18,036 bases of DNA, from positions 1 to 18,036 of the forward strand of contig JBGSUI010000094.1 of assembly GCA_041736175.1 (NCBI GenBank), read 5' to 3'. Position 1 is the first letter of the stretch. Every line of letters begins with the position of its first letter. The stretch comes from Oligoflexales bacterium. GTDB lineage: Bacteria; Bdellovibrionota_B; Oligoflexia; Oligoflexales; CAIYRB01. A program made the position numbers and the translations under genes. This document shows, one piece after another, positions 1 through 8,757 of this stretch. The notes under the pieces are model-generated. The model worked only from the letters and a program-made list of their open reading frames with translations. It was not told the origin of the DNA and searched no databases.

Positions 1-108
1 ACCGTGACCCACTTTACCTCAGGTGAAAGCGGTTTACCTTTAGACGAATGCATGGTGGTCAATCCTCGTTTTTTGGCAAAACGATCATTATACCACGGAA
101 AAAATTAA
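1..108 (+). CDS. possible 3' end of a gene entering from the left edge
   Basis: Frame 1 is open from base 1 to TAA at 106-108 (TVTHFTSGESGLPLDECMVVNPRFLAKRSLYHGKN*) and ends 11 nt from the stop of the convergent gene. No recognisable motif. Confidence 0.3.
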   Translation, partial: TVTHFTSGESGLPLDECMVVNPRFLAKRSLYHGKN

Positions 109-119
109 AATCTATCTTT

Positions 120-1499
120 TCATGTGCGTAGATCTATAGTAGGCATTAAACCTTGAATGGGTAATTCAGGATGGACCCAATCGCGGGGGGCCCAGATATC
201 TAAAATTCTTTTGTCTCTACTTCCATTTAAACTGGTCTTTGTCCTTTTCTCAAATTTGTAGTCAAAAAGAAGATAACCACCGGTTAATTTACTAAACTCA
301 TAAATAGCAAATGAACAGTTCGGATATTTTTTTTCTGTTTTAAGGACTTTAAAATCACTATCTTTTTCGATTGCAATGAGGCCTTGATTAGTGCTCCCTA
401 TAAAGAGATCTTCCAGGATATACCCTCCGGTTAAATTTGAATAAACTTTATTATTGAGCTTTGGCATTGGCTCTGAAGCCAAATATAAATGATCGTTTGT
501 CCTTAATATTTTCTCTCCCGGTGCAAGTGGCATAAAATCTTGTTTTTCAATATCTTTCCATGTTGAAGTTCGGTCCTCGTAGTGCCCAGTGTCCATATCG
601 ATTTTAATAAGAATTATATTCTTAACAGTTTCGGACCTGGGAATACTATTAAAGAGAGAAAATATATATATATTATTGTTTATAATTTTAGTGGTAGGAC
701 GAATCAAATATTTTTCCTTCAATTGGATTCGAAAACTCTTTGATTTCGTTAGTTCCTTTGAGTCGACCTTTGGATAGTTATAGCAATTAATAGCTTCCAT
801 AGTCTCGTCCTCTGTACCATTCAACATACATAACTGGCTGTTCCAATTAAATAATATAATTGGTATACCTTTCGTTGGGATCTGGAAAGTGTCCGTGTTC
901 AGTTTTCCTGAATTGAACCCCGCGATATTCAGAGAGATACCGCTAAATCCTGCGGCGCTATAGGCGACCCGCCCATCATCTAAGCCGAGAGCACTTCTAA
1001 TCATTCCACCGGATGGGTTAGCTATGAAAATTGGTATTTGCAAGGTTTTAATCCTTTCAACGGCTTTAATATAGGCATCAACATAAAACTCCGGTTTTAT
1101 TAACCTCGGTTTCACATCGTCAGGTATCAAGAACTCAAGCTCCTTACCTAACGTGGCTCGTAGCCCAAAAGGCAAGACTCTCAAGATTTCGATGCGCTCA
1201 GTGGGCTTTTTTTCTTTAATAAGAGTTTTAAATAATATGCATTGGATGTCATTGCTCTTTAACTCTGAAACTAAAGCGCACGCCACTTCACTTTCCTTAT
1301 TTTCTTTACTTTTTTTTAAGTTGCAGCTTTGCTTAGTTTTCACGGCAAAATCTTTTAATTGACTGCACCATGAATCGCCTGTTCCCATGGTCTCAGATTG
1401 ATGGGAACGGATATTACAGCTATTTGCAAAGTATGAAATCGCTAGGAAGGGCACCAAATTAGTTATCAGTCTGTTTGCTAAAAATTTAAATTCATTCAT
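120..1499 (-). CDS. hypothetical protein, probable lipoprotein/exported protein (~459 aa)
   Basis: Long AT-rich ORF. Start moved from 1610 to ATG 1499 because GGAG (Shine-Dalgarno) lies just upstream and a sigma54 motif overlaps the 1610 ATG. N-terminus MNEFKFLANRLITNLVPFLAISYFANSC resembles a signal peptide with a lipobox-like Cys. No family recognised. Confidence 0.75.
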   Translation of the reverse strand: MNEFKFLANRLITNLVPFLAISYFANSCNIRSHQSETMGTGDSWCSQLKDFAVKTKQSCNLKKSKENKESEVACALVSELKSNDIQCILFKTLIKEKKPTERIEILRVLPFGLRATLGKELEFLIPDDVKPRLIKPEFYVDAYIKAVERIKTLQIPIFIANPSGGMIRSALGLDDGRVAYSAAGFSGISLNIAGFNSGKLNTDTFQIPTKGIPIILFNWNSQLCMLNGTEDETMEAINCYNYPKVDSKELTKSKSFRIQLKEKYLIRPTTKIINNNIYIFSLFNSIPRSETVKNIILIKIDMDTGHYEDRTSTWKDIEKQDFMPLAPGEKILRTNDHLYLASEPMPKLNNKVYSNLTGGYILEDLFIGSTNQGLIAIEKDSDFKVLKTEKKYPNCSFAIYEFSKLTGGYLLFDYKFEKRTKTSLNGSRDKRILDIWAPRDWVHPELPIQGLMPTIDLRT

Positions 1500-1593
1500 A
1501 TAATACTCCATGATGGGTGAGAAGAAAAATAAAAAACTAAAATTAATTAAAGATGATTTTGCCTCGTAAACTGTTTGGCCGCTGGTGTTAAGG

Positions 1594-1609
1594 AGCAATA
1601 TTTGTGCCA
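1594..1609 (-). promoter_or_regulatory. sigma54 (RpoN) -24/-12 promoter element
   Basis: Minus strand reads TGGCAC-AAATA-TTGCT, an exact match to TGGCAC-N5-TTGC(A/T). It is correctly oriented about 95 nt upstream of the 1499 start, with an AT-rich tract further upstream (1641-1661). Confidence 0.7.
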
Positions 1610-2139
1610 TAGTTTAGCCGTGTCAAGGTCCTGGTGGAACAATATAAAAATTTTGAAAAAAGTATCGCCGAGGTCGTTCCAACCCCTGTTTAAAGCTTGC
1701 TCAGTTGAACCTGCTGGTCACAGCCATCTAAAATTAGCGAAATCTTGATGCTGATACGCTGGTCCATCCAATGATCGGCTCCCACCCTCTACCTTCACTA
1801 GGGAGCGGCTACTTCTCATCTTGGAAGAAATCTAAGAAACAATGAATTCACTTATTGAATAGTGATGCCAACTTTGTTTTCGTTACCTTGACGACCACTT
1901 CCTCCGATTGTCCAATTAGCCCATAATCCAGCAAAAATTCCCTGACTGGCAATGGGAAGCTCTATGTTTTCTGTAGCCTGTTTGCGACATTCCGCTTGGT
2001 AATCATGAACCAGACGTGCCTCACATCTAAGAGTGCTAGTACTGCTGCAGCTATGTTCAGATAACCTAAAAGATTCTTTACGACAACCACCGTAAAAAGA
2101 GTCCCAAGTTAGATTAGAAAACACGTTATAAAAGTCAAA

Positions 2140-5088
2140 TCATAATTTGATTTCAGCGCCCTGGAGCGTAAGCCCCAATGGCAAACTTTCTCCAAAAAGT
2201 TGGACTTTAAGCTTGTAATCAACGGGCACATGTTTTTCCACAACCGCCCTTAACTCCGAGGGAGCCTTTGCCTCTTGAAGTTTTGAGAGTGCTAGCGCCG
2301 TGGCTTTTTCGCTGAGACTGAATTCCCGCTCGAGAACCCGTCTTGCAGCAAAGGCCCAGAAGAGGTTAAGCCGTGGGTAAGCCTTTTCTTTGACGCTTAT
2401 TTTAGCGAGCTGTTGGCACCAGGTTTCCACAAAAGAGGGCTGTAAAATATGCTCTGGCTCTGCATAGAGCATCACCCGACTCGCGATGCGGGCCAGGGCC
2501 CAGATTTTGTCATCCATAAATTTTGGACGGTTGCCCTCGATCTGCTGGGCTAAGACCATCCCTATTTTTAATTTTTCACTTTGGTCAGCCCGTTCTAAGG
2601 CTCCAACCAATTTAAAGACCTCAGCCGAGGGCACCTCGCCCTTGCGGATCATGGGGATTAGTTTAGTCAAGATTTTGGTTTGCTCAGTAGCTCCAAGGCC
2701 CCCGCAGATTCTACGCTGCATAATCCAAAACTGATCCACAACGGTCCGGTCCTTAGGAAAGACGAGACCCTCTTCGGTCTGTCTCCATAGACTTAAGACC
2801 TGAGCCTCATCCCCTGGAAACCCAAATCCAGGTCGTAGACAATATCCTGCCAAGGAGAGCCAGGTTGCTTCATGGACCTCCGACCGACCACGACGCGTCC
2901 CGTGGAGACCGAGAGAGGACCAGATCGCTCGCAAGAGCTCAAGACTCCACTGATCACGGGTTAGACCTAAAATCCGTTCACAATCTTTGATCAGACTTTT
3001 TGGTGAGGGTGGATCCACCTGGATTTTTTTGCCGTACACTAAATTAACGGCCTGAATCAACTCTTCAGGAACCGCCACCCGGTCCTGTTTGGCGGTGACG
3101 AGTTTGGTGTCTCCTAAGCTTTTTGGTGGAGCCTCTTCCCCTTGGGACTCAAACCTAAGGTTAAAATCCAACGGCCAGCCTTTCCGAGGCATCTCCTCGG
3201 TAGGTTCTGAGGGGACACAGTGAACACTTAATATACCTGTTTCAGCCAGGTTCAATGCCAGTGAGACGGGTATCTGCCGTTCCTGTGGGAGGTAAGGACT
3301 TTTACCTTTGGAGCGCCCTCGATCCTCTTTGAGGGTCGTCATCAAGGCTGGCAACATGGTCCATCCGCTATCTTCCTGTGCGGTCTTTGGATCAATTAAA
3401 TCTCCAGGACGATCGGTCGAGCGAGTCCTTGCGGTCCAAAGCTGAAACCTGACGGGACGGTTGGTCCAAGCTGTCAAGGTGTCTCGCTCTCTCTGTGGCA
3501 GGGTTGTGCCACCGCTTGATCCCTTAAAACCCTTAGGGATCAAGCAAACCAAGACCGACTCCTGCTCCCTTTGGACTTCGAGGTAAACACTGCGTGGATA
3601 GCCACTTTCTATTAGAGAAACATCACCAAAACCACGGGGCTTTTGGTCCAAAAACCGAGCATATCCGTATAGAGCCGCACCCTGGGCGATTGCCAGATCC
3701 ATTGACGGTGCCGCGAGGTGTCTAGGCCTATACCCCTGCCAGTCTTCAATCTGATCGAGGATCCGAGCTTGGAGCAACATTGGTGTTAAGGTCCCACCCA
3801 CCATCAGGACAGCATCGACCCTGGCTTGCTGTGTGTTTAAAAACTCGGCCAAATGCCCCGTCATAGCGGAGTCTTGGGCATAGGGGAGACCGATCTGCTT
3901 AAGTCCGCCCTTGGCCCTATATACTTTGTGATTCAGAGGTACCTTCGGAAAGAATCCCTCCAAAATAAGATCAAACATCTTTTGTTTGGTAATTGAAACC
4001 GATCGTGAGGACCCGAAAAGTGACTCGCCTACCACAACTCCCAAAGTATGAACCTGCCCAAAGTCCCCCTGATTTTCCAGAATATCTTCTTTAAGGGCTC
4101 TGACACTATGGGTCAGGGAAGCAAAGCTCTTGTGTGGCAAGGCACCCGCTGATCCAATCTGAACCTCTAGATCATGGGCTATGGCCAAATCAATATTATC
4201 TCCACCGAGAAGGATATGCTCACTCACTCCGATTCTCTCAAAGTGGAGGGCTGTACCTTCAGACTTGGCTTTAAAAAGGCTAAAGTCGCTGGTTCCGCCT
4301 CCAATATCGCAGACAAGGATGATCTTTTCTTCAGTGCTCTGCATACCCAGATCTTGTTTTTGCTGCTCCAAACTATCGTGGACCGCAAGCCAGGAATAAA
4401 AGGCCGCCTGGGGCTCCTCGAGGAGCCTGAGAGATGGAAGCGGAGTTGCAAGGGGCACCACACCCAAAGTCGCTGCCGCATCCAGGGTCAATCGTTGTGC
4501 CACTTCATCAAAGGAAGCTGGCACTGTGATGGTGATCTCCTGATTTTCAAACCGGTCTTCGTCCCGTGGAAAATTTTCGTTCCATTGGTCCTTTAGGTAG
4601 CTGAGATAGGCAGCAGCCACATCAACCGGTGACTTGCGATCCTGACCGATCACTTCGCTTGAGGCCCAGGGCAAAATCTTACCTTTGCGGTCCACCTGGT
4701 TCGCGCAAAACCAGGATTTAGCCGAGTGGATCACCCGACCCGGAGTTTGGGATGCCTTATTTCGGGCGACACGACCCACCACATAGGAAGGTCGATCTAT
4801 AGTGGGGTCTCCTGGAGATTCCTCATTGCCTCCAGTAACCACAGGGCTCTGGAAAAAGCCTCTTTTGAGTTCACTTTTAGGCGGAACATAATACCAAGAA
4901 GGCAACAAAGGAGATTTGACTAGGGTCGTTTCCGAAGCCCACTGTTGGATTTCTAGAACGTTAGGGAGGCGAGAAACTTGCCCTTCAACCTCTTTGAGAG
5001 ATTTATAGGCGAGAGCACAATGGGACGTCCCTAGATCGATCCCAATGGCATAACGAGGTTTGCGTTCTTGTAGGACGACCGTATTCAC
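2140..5088 (-). CDS. Hsp70-family (DnaK-related) protein with C-terminal DUF3731-type domain
   Basis: Hsp70 NBD motifs IGIDLGTSH, HSAKSW, ITVPASFD, LLEEPQAAFY, VCDIGGGTSDFSL and LLGGDNID. About 300 aa C-terminal extension with WLSLAGYCLRPGFGFPGD, WALARIASR and terminal FGESLPLGL, as in DUF3731 proteins. GTG start. Confidence 0.88.
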   Translation of the reverse strand: MNTVVLQERKPRYAIGIDLGTSHCALAYKSLKEVEGQVSRLPNVLEIQQWASETTLVKSPLLPSWYYVPPKSELKRGFFQSPVVTGGNEESPGDPTIDRPSYVVGRVARNKASQTPGRVIHSAKSWFCANQVDRKGKILPWASSEVIGQDRKSPVDVAAAYLSYLKDQWNENFPRDEDRFENQEITITVPASFDEVAQRLTLDAAATLGVVPLATPLPSLRLLEEPQAAFYSWLAVHDSLEQQKQDLGMQSTEEKIILVCDIGGGTSDFSLFKAKSEGTALHFERIGVSEHILLGGDNIDLAIAHDLEVQIGSAGALPHKSFASLTHSVRALKEDILENQGDFGQVHTLGVVVGESLFGSSRSVSITKQKMFDLILEGFFPKVPLNHKVYRAKGGLKQIGLPYAQDSAMTGHLAEFLNTQQARVDAVLMVGGTLTPMLLQARILDQIEDWQGYRPRHLAAPSMDLAIAQGAALYGYARFLDQKPRGFGDVSLIESGYPRSVYLEVQREQESVLVCLIPKGFKGSSGGTTLPQRERDTLTAWTNRPVRFQLWTARTRSTDRPGDLIDPKTAQEDSGWTMLPALMTTLKEDRGRSKGKSPYLPQERQIPVSLALNLAETGILSVHCVPSEPTEEMPRKGWPLDFNLRFESQGEEAPPKSLGDTKLVTAKQDRVAVPEELIQAVNLVYGKKIQVDPPSPKSLIKDCERILGLTRDQWSLELLRAIWSSLGLHGTRRGRSEVHEATWLSLAGYCLRPGFGFPGDEAQVLSLWRQTEEGLVFPKDRTVVDQFWIMQRRICGGLGATEQTKILTKLIPMIRKGEVPSAEVFKLVGALERADQSEKLKIGMVLAQQIEGNRPKFMDDKIWALARIASRVMLYAEPEHILQPSFVETWCQQLAKISVKEKAYPRLNLFWAFAARRVLEREFSLSEKATALALSKLQEAKAPSELRAVVEKHVPVDYKLKVQLFGESLPLGLTLQGAEIKL

Positions 5089-5120
5089 TTCACTTTTTTC
5101 CTAAACGGTTGCAAACGGAT

Positions 5121-7001
5121 TTAAAGACTCTCGCGAACATCAAATTCTAGCTTCCAGCTGTTTTTGGCAGCCAGATCGTTAAGCGCGAGTTGAAGAGTTC
5201 CCATTTCTGAAACATAGGCTTCCAGGTGAACGGGAATCACCTCACCCTCCTGGTAGCCATCTGCTGTAAGCGTGACTTGAAGGTGTGAAGACTCCACTAG
5301 ATCCTTATCCGCTTCATCGACGATGGTCCCAGGTTGGTCCCCTGGTCTGAGATTGGTGCTGAAAAACCTAAAGTCCACGGTTTCACCTACGAGCAGACCA
5401 AATTCCTGCTCTTCCAGCATCGTTCGGGTCCCTTCGTTAGTCCCTTGGGAAACCAAACAAAGTCCTCGTAAGGGAGTGACTAAACCTGGAACCGCTGGGC
5501 TGGAGGATTCGAGTCCTATATAAAAAGATCTACTAGTTCCGGCTTGGACTCGAATGCCCTTACCAGTGGCTCGCATCTTGCCATAAGAAGCAGCACCCCT
5601 TGCGACCGATGTCTCTAGATCAGGGGAATCTAGGACTTTGATGGGGTCTACGTACCCCTGCTCGGCAGCCCAACCGTTGAGTAGTTCTACAACGCGAGCC
5701 TTAAAGGATTCAGCCTTTAAGACACCACCGTTAAACAAGATCGCCGTGGGCACCAACCTTGAGAGAGGAGACTCAGACGCTTCTCCCACAGCAGACGATC
5801 TCTTGATGGCCTCCTGGCTCCGGCTTAAAAACCGTGCCAGATGCCTACTGATGACGGGATCCGATTCATAGGAAAGCCCGATTTCCATAATACCTAAAGC
5901 CCGTCGGCGTTGCGGTAAATCGTCCCTGGTTGTTTTTGGAAAAAACCCTTCCAAGAGGATCTCTTCGACTTCCTGTCGACTCACGCTGCTTCGCAAGGTC
6001 TTCTTAAATAGACTCGAACCACGGCCAGCTAAGCTGATGGGATAGTCTGTTCGAGTTGGTTCTTTAAATAAGATTTCTTTTGCTTCTCGGCACGAAGCAA
6101 CAAGAGATAAAAACTGCCAAGAGTCCATCTCTTGGCCCGTGGCAGCAATTTTTTGTCGCACATGGCTCGCAAGGGCAAGATCCATGTTATCTCCCCCTAA
6201 GAGGAGGTGCTCGCCCACACTGATTCGTTCTAAGGATAGCTGTCCAGCTGAGTTAGGTTCTTGGCTTTCAGAGACATAGATCAAACTAAAATCCGTTGTG
6301 CCTCCACCAATATCGCAGACCAGTACTAGGTCACCAGGTTGTAGATGGGTCCGCCAATCTTTACGCGCATGATCCAGCCATGCATAAAAAGCCGCTAGGG
6401 GTTCTTCGATCAGAGTCACATTGCTAAACCCTGCCTGGTGGGCCGCCTTTAGAGTCAGCTCTCTGGCCACTTCATCAAAAGATGCCGGAACCGTAAGGAG
6501 TACTTCTGGCTCCTGATTTACCGAGTCGCCTGAATCCTTTGCGGTCTGCGATTCAAAAAACGCGCGGCGCAGATGCTTAAGATAGGCTGCCGAGGCATCT
6601 AGGGGTGATTTTTTTTCAGCTTCTGGAAGAGGGGACTTCCAAGGCAAAATTGGCTTTAGTCGGTCGACTCGACCTTGGGTCAACCATGACTTGGCAGAAC
6701 TGACCAACCGGTCTGTAAGGAGGGCCCCCCGCTTTTTGGCCCAAGTTCCTAACACATAGGTGTCCCCTGCCCAAGGGCTAAGATTTTCTCCTACAGCAAA
6801 CTCACCCTCGGGGGGACAAAACATCACCGATGGCATCAGGGGCTCACTGGCAAAGAGGCCCTTCTCGACCATTTGCGGGATCCCCAGGAGTTCAATGGAA
6901 GGAGCGTCTTTGTTTGCCAGATCGATATAGGCTAATGCGGAATTGGTGGTACCCAGGTCGATACCAATAATCGTGTGATTGGTTGCAGTGGACTCAGTCA
7001 T
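5121..7001 (-). CDS. Hsp70-family (DnaK-related) protein
   Basis: Motifs IGIDLGTTNS, SSAKSWL, LTVPASFD, LIEEPLAAFY, VCDIGGGTTDFSL, GEHLLLGGDNMD and SVARGAA. GAGGT RBS 4 nt before ATG. Not the housekeeping dnaK: no DVLLLD linker and no helical lid or acidic tail. Confidence 0.9.
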   Translation of the reverse strand: MTESTATNHTIIGIDLGTTNSALAYIDLANKDAPSIELLGIPQMVEKGLFASEPLMPSVMFCPPEGEFAVGENLSPWAGDTYVLGTWAKKRGALLTDRLVSSAKSWLTQGRVDRLKPILPWKSPLPEAEKKSPLDASAAYLKHLRRAFFESQTAKDSGDSVNQEPEVLLTVPASFDEVARELTLKAAHQAGFSNVTLIEEPLAAFYAWLDHARKDWRTHLQPGDLVLVCDIGGGTTDFSLIYVSESQEPNSAGQLSLERISVGEHLLLGGDNMDLALASHVRQKIAATGQEMDSWQFLSLVASCREAKEILFKEPTRTDYPISLAGRGSSLFKKTLRSSVSRQEVEEILLEGFFPKTTRDDLPQRRRALGIMEIGLSYESDPVISRHLARFLSRSQEAIKRSSAVGEASESPLSRLVPTAILFNGGVLKAESFKARVVELLNGWAAEQGYVDPIKVLDSPDLETSVARGAASYGKMRATGKGIRVQAGTSRSFYIGLESSSPAVPGLVTPLRGLCLVSQGTNEGTRTMLEEQEFGLLVGETVDFRFFSTNLRPGDQPGTIVDEADKDLVESSHLQVTLTADGYQEGEVIPVHLEAYVSEMGTLQLALNDLAAKNSWKLEFDVRESL

Positions 7002-7034
7002 AGTGACCTCATTGGGGCTTAATACAAGATTTGC

Positions 7035-7883
7035 TTAAAGTTCGATCTCAGCTGGTACGATGACGCCACGTTGGGTCGCCGTCTCTAAAGGGTTTGTTGC
7101 GGCTCTTTTAGGTAAATTGATTTTTGTTGTGAGCCATCCCCGATGAACCAGGCGTCCTTCGCGATGGGCATCGAGGGTCTCAGGGACTTTACCCACAAAT
7201 CGGTAAAAATGAGATGAGTCGTCCCCATGTTCAACCTTTGCGAGAGAATCCACTAATACCTTGTCCCCTTCAGGCTGGGACAAAATGGGATTGATATTAA
7301 AACACTCTTGGAGCAACTTGCGACACCCACCATGGACCACCCGCGAGGCAACCCCCACTTCTTGGTCGGAATACCCAGAAACGTCTTCCATAAGAAAATC
7401 GACAAAACGCCCTCGTTCTTGCAGGAGCGTCAAAAACACCAAAGCGCTTTCGTTCTGTGTTTCTTTGTCGCGCAGCTTTGCCACAAGGTCGCGGTTTTTG
7501 GTCGTAGCCTCCTCCAACGCTTTTGATGTGGCTTGGTATTTGTCTTTGAGCAGGTTGATCTCACCTAGGATTGAAACCCTTTCGTCTCGCATCTGCTGCA
7601 GGTCGCCTTGGAGTTTGAGGAGGGCCTGAGTCTTTTCCCCAAGTTGGGCTTCGGCCTCTAGGCTTCGCCTTTTTGCGCGGCTTGCCTGAAGGGTCCCTAG
7701 GAACATCAAAGCAGCGAGGACCACACCTAAACCGGTCAAAATCAACAGCACGAGATCCCCTTGATTTTTAAAATCAAAAGATTCTAGTGTATTACCAAGG
7801 TCACTGGCTAAGGTTGGACTTGCAAGAGTCACAACTACCAGATTTACAAGCATGATCGGGAATCCCATAAAAAGTCGTCGCAT
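7035..7883 (-). CDS. DUF2760 domain protein with N-terminal signal/TM segments and coiled coil
   Basis: C-terminal signature ALVFLTLLQERGRFVDFLMEDVSGYSDQEVGVASRVVHGGCRKLL...LVHRGW...VIVPAEIEL. Two hydrophobic N-terminal segments and a Q/E/K/L-rich helical middle. GAGGA RBS. Lies directly upstream of two Hsp70 genes, the usual DUF2760 context. Confidence 0.82.
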   Translation of the reverse strand: MRRLFMGFPIMLVNLVVVTLASPTLASDLGNTLESFDFKNQGDLVLLILTGLGVVLAALMFLGTLQASRAKRRSLEAEAQLGEKTQALLKLQGDLQQMRDERVSILGEINLLKDKYQATSKALEEATTKNRDLVAKLRDKETQNESALVFLTLLQERGRFVDFLMEDVSGYSDQEVGVASRVVHGGCRKLLQECFNINPILSQPEGDKVLVDSLAKVEHGDDSSHFYRFVGKVPETLDAHREGRLVHRGWLTTKINLPKRAATNPLETATQRGVIVPAEIEL

Positions 7884-7977
7884 TGCTTCCTCAAATCCGA
7901 TGGTAAAGACACTCCGTACCCAAACCAGCCTTTTACTGGAACATGGGGGAATCGTCTATCGCCGATTTTAGAAGCTA

Positions 7978-8757
7978 TCAGGTGGGTTTCTGGGTTTTGC
8001 GGTCCAGTTCTAGAAGAAGTTTCTGCAGATTTTCGGCCCGAGATTTGAGTTCGCTTTCGGACATATTTTTCAGAAACAGATTTTTATCGCTCGATGGCTC
8101 AAGCTTTTTTTGCTTAGCAACTTCTTTCAGGGATATGACCGCCTTTTCGAGGGCTAGTACTCTGAGGTCAGGGAAATCCTTATAGTCCTCGGCAAGCTGG
8201 AGAGCGCGGTAGGCACAGGCATGGTAGATGTCTTGCTTACAGTAAAATTTCACAATAAAGCTCACGCTTTCGGCCATTCGTCGATGACCTTCTCCCATCA
8301 ATTTTTTCGCTTTTTGGGCATAGGAGCTTTTGGGGTGTTTGGCCACCATCTCCTTCCAGGAGTCTAGGGCCTTGAGGGTATACTCTTGATCTCGATCGAT
8401 GGCCTCTGGGGCATCCTCCCAGTAGGACTCACCGATCCGGTACATGGCAAAATCCACTTTGGGATGTTTGGGATGAAGCTTAACAAATTGCTCATAGCTT
8501 ACGGCAGCTTCCGGAAATTGATCCAATTCAAAATGGGAATTTGCAATCAGCAATTCAGCCTCAGTAGCATATCTACTATAGGGGAACCTGGACTTAAATT
8601 CTCCGAGCCGCGTTATAGCGTGCTCAAAGTTTTCGTCATCATAGGGTTCCTTTACGATTGCAAAGGATTTTACTGGATCGTTTGGGTCTAACTCTTTTTC
8701 GGAGCAACCCCAAAAAATGCTAGCGTAAAACAATATGATGGGAAGAAAACGAAGCAC
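7978..8757 (-). CDS. bamD: outer membrane protein assembly factor BamD (TPR lipoprotein)
   Basis: Lipoprotein signal ending IFWGC. BamD/YfiO-type TPR motifs RFPYSRYATEAELLIA, YEQFVKLHPKHPKVDFAMYRIG, IDRDQ and HPKSSYA. AAGGAG RBS before GTG. Confidence 0.88.
   Translation of the reverse strand: MLRFLPIILFYASIFWGCSEKELDPNDPVKSFAIVKEPYDDENFEHAITRLGEFKSRFPYSRYATEAELLIANSHFELDQFPEAAVSYEQFVKLHPKHPKVDFAMYRIGESYWEDAPEAIDRDQEYTLKALDSWKEMVAKHPKSSYAQKAKKLMGEGHRRMAESVSFIVKFYCKQDIYHACAYRALQLAEDYKDFPDLRVLALEKAVISLKEVAKQKKLEPSSDKNLFLKNMSESELKSRAENLQKLLLELDRKTQKPT

Noticed and set aside
1500..1610. N-terminal 37 codons of the 496-aa ORF
   Set aside because: They overlap the sigma54 motif and predicted leader. 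An RBS and a signal-like N-terminus support ATG 1499.
5121..7001. Calling this gene dnaK, hscA or hscC
   Set aside because: It lacks the conserved linker, lid and DnaK-specific motifs, and belongs to the DUF2760-associated Hsp70 subfamily.
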